Shown one piece after another: positions 61,847 to 64,000 of a stretch of 64,000 nt of DNA. The stretch comes from Eubacteriales bacterium (lineage in GTDB: Bacteria > Bacillota > Clostridia > Oscillospirales > CAG-272): contig JAXEKG010000007.1 of assembly GCA_034101145.1 (NCBI GenBank), positions 17,473-81,472 on the forward strand, read 5' to 3'. Below the pieces are notes generated by a model, which saw nothing but the letters and a program-made list of their open reading frames with translations, did not search any database and was not told the DNA's origin. The stretch's first letter is position 1; each line of letters opens with the position of its first letter. The position numbers were made by a program, and so were the translations under genes.

Positions 61847-62815
61847 ATGAAAATCGGTAACGTGACAATTGAAAACGGACTTTTCCTCGCCCCCATGGCA
61901 GGGTACAGTGACAGGGCGATGCGATTGATATGCAAGAGCTACGGCGCTCAGTATCTTACCAGCGAAATGGTATCGGCAAAGGCTATCTGCTACGGCGACA
62001 AAAAGACACCAATACTTGCTTCGGTGACAGAGGAGGAGCTCCCCTGTGCCGTACAGCTTTTCGGCTCGGAACCGGAATTTCTCTCAAAGGCGGCCGCTAT
62101 GATAGAAAACGGATTGTGCGGTATGGTGCCGTCGGCAATCGATATAAACATGGGATGTCCCGTAAAGAAAATAACGGCAAACGGAGAGGGGAGCGCTCTA
62201 TTGAAAAATCTCCATCTTATCGAGAAAATAGTATATGCCGTAAAAAGTGCGGTTAAACTGCCCGTTACGGTAAAAATACGCAGTGGCTGGGACAAAAATT
62301 CGCAGAATGCCGACGAGGCTGCACGGGCGGCGGAGAGCGGAGGCGCGGACGCTGTCTTCGTTCATGCAAGAACCAGAGAGCAGATGTATACCGGACAAGC
62401 TGACTATACGGTAATAGCAAAGGTCAAAAAAAGCGTAGCGATACCGGTAATAGGAAACGGAGATATCGTCGGATACGAGAGTGCTAAACGAATGTATGAG
62501 ATATCGGGTTGCGACGGAATCATGATAGGAAGAGGAGCTATCGGACGGCCCTTCGTATTTCGCGAGATACTGTGCGGTATGCGGGGGGTGCCTTATGAGG
62601 AACCGAGCGCACGTGAAAAGACAGAGATTGCGATAAGGCAACTTGAACTATCGGTTGAGAATAAAGGAGAGAGAATTGCAGTGTCGGAGGCAAGAAAGCA
62701 ACTCTCGGAATATATAAAGGGAATATCGGGTGCCGCAGCAATGCGACAAGCGATAAACAATGCAAAAAGCTATGAGGAGATAAGACAAATCCTTAACATT
62801 GCGGAAATCCTATAA
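61847..62815 (+). CDS. dusB: tRNA dihydrouridine synthase B
   Basis: 'LAPMAG', 'QLFGS', 'DINMGCP', 'VTVKIRSG', 'HARTR', 'GNGDI'. Confidence 0.94.
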   Translation: MKIGNVTIENGLFLAPMAGYSDRAMRLICKSYGAQYLTSEMVSAKAICYGDKKTPILASVTEEELPCAVQLFGSEPEFLSKAAAMIENGLCGMVPSAIDINMGCPVKKITANGEGSALLKNLHLIEKIVYAVKSAVKLPVTVKIRSGWDKNSQNADEAARAAESGGADAVFVHARTREQMYTGQADYTVIAKVKKSVAIPVIGNGDIVGYESAKRMYEISGCDGIMIGRGAIGRPFVFREILCGMRGVPYEEPSAREKTEIAIRQLELSVENKGERIAVSEARKQLSEYIKGISGAAAMRQAINNAKSYEEIRQILNIAEIL

Positions 62816-62855
62816 AAATACAGGTGAGTATAAAGGCACACTCACCTGTATTTTT
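62813..62855. terminator. Bidirectional terminator
   Basis: aaaaatacaggtgagt...actcacctgtattttt. Confidence 0.8.
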
Positions 62856-62870
62856 GCTTTACGATTGCAA

Positions 62871-64000
62871 TTACTCCGACCCCTTGCGGGAGAGAACGAC
62901 TTTAATAGTCTTAAAAATTATTTTTATATCCAAAAAAATACTCCAATTATCGATGTATTTCAAATCGAGTTTCACGACTTCTTCAAAGTCGGTTATATTG
63001 CTTCTTCCGCTGACCTGCCAAAGCCCGGTAAGTCCCGGTTTCATAGAGAGGCGTCTCTTATGATGGCTCATATATTGTCTGTATTCGTTGTATGTCGGCG
63101 GGCGTGTTCCGATGAGACTCATATCTCCCTTGAGAATATTTATGAACTGGGGAAGCTCGTCTATGCTGGTGGCACGGATGAATTTTCCGACCTTCGTGAT
63201 TCTGGGGTCGTCCTTCATCTTGAACATATAGCCGTCCATCTCGTTTTGTTCCATAAGCTCCCGCTTCTGCCTCTCGGCATCCTTGCACATAGAACGGAGC
63301 TTGTACATATAAAAGACCCTGCCGTTTTTTCCGACTCTTTTCTGCTTGAATAAGAGGGGACCGGGCGATTCTATCAGCAACGGTATTGCCACTATCGCCA
63401 CTATCGGTATTGATACGACAATGCCCACGATGGAAATCATGATATCGAAAACCCTTTTGACGATGAGCCCAAGGGCGTTGTGAACCTTCATCACGTATGT
63501 GAGAGACGGATATCCGTTTACTTCACAATACTTATACGCCTTTTTGTTTCCGTCGAGTTTGTTGATGAACGGTATTGTTATATTGACCGTTACGCCCATA
63601 AGTTTAAGCTCGTCAATGAGATTCTCTATATACTCTTTATCGTCGGTGGGGATATCTATAAAAACCTCGTCTATTGAATCCTTACGTACTCTGTCGATAA
63701 AACCGTTTTTGCCTGTAAGGATACGTACGCCGGAAATTTCACCGCGGGCGGGCTCGTCCTCGTCATATAGAGAAATGCCTACTATTTTACGAGTCCAGTC
63801 GTATTTGAAAGCCGATATGACTTCCTCTGCATTTTCCCTGGTTGTGATTACGGCGGTAAGAGTAGCCAAAGTCTTGCTCTTTATTTTTCTTGTGAGCAAC
63901 ATTTTGAGCAGTGAATGGAAAATAAATGAGAGTAAGATGTTGTATACCATTATAAAAAGTACAAACGTTCTCTCGTTGAGCAGGTTGCTGTCACAGACGA
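62871..64000 (-). CDS. Undecaprenyl-phosphate sugar phosphotransferase (initiating EPS/capsule transferase), probably 5'-truncated by the window edge
   Basis: 'KRVFDI', 'YKLRSM', 'DPRITKVG..IRATSIDELPQF', 'KPGLTGLWQVSGRS'. Confidence 0.93.
   Translation of the reverse strand, partial: VCDSNLLNERTFVLFIMVYNILLSFIFHSLLKMLLTRKIKSKTLATLTAVITTRENAEEVISAFKYDWTRKIVGISLYDEDEPARGEISGVRILTGKNGFIDRVRKDSIDEVFIDIPTDDKEYIENLIDELKLMGVTVNITIPFINKLDGNKKAYKYCEVNGYPSLTYVMKVHNALGLIVKRVFDIMISIVGIVVSIPIVAIVAIPLLIESPGPLLFKQKRVGKNGRVFYMYKLRSMCKDAERQKRELMEQNEMDGYMFKMKDDPRITKVGKFIRATSIDELPQFINILKGDMSLIGTRPPTYNEYRQYMSHHKRRLSMKPGLTGLWQVSGRSNITDFEEVVKLDLKYIDNWSIFLDIKIIFKTIKVVLSRKGSE

Overview
Chromosomal window from a spore-forming, Clostridia-like Firmicute (sigma-A promoters, AGGAGG RBSs, GerA/SpoVAF gene). 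1-15.9 kb is a GRM5-type glycyl-radical bacterial microcompartment (BMC) locus: RpiR regulator, ackA, class II aldolase, acylating aldehyde dehydrogenase, Zn-ADH, shell proteins, PduL/S/T/U/V, and a propanediol-dehydratase-like GRE with its activase. It ends in a ParA-type ATPase plus an 87-aa partner that resembles an McdAB-like organelle-positioning pair. Next are an FAD oxidoreductase, a 32-aa Cys-rich peptide, three tRNAs with a small accessory island, a pstS-pstCA-pstB-phoU-phoP-phoR-pdxK operon, sugar-catabolism genes, gap, the str operon (rpsL-rpsG-fusA-tuf) and an oxidative-stress cluster. At 56685-60064 is a 3.38-kb element bounded by perfect 22-bp inverted repeats (TGT...ACA) that sits 2 bp past the CCA of tRNA-Gln. 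It has no transposase and carries a catalytically degenerate DnaB-like protein, a WYL regulator, a PD-(D/E)XK nuclease with one in-frame amber stop, and a small repeat protein. No CRISPR array or rRNA was seen. All calls are by eye from motifs; no searches were run.
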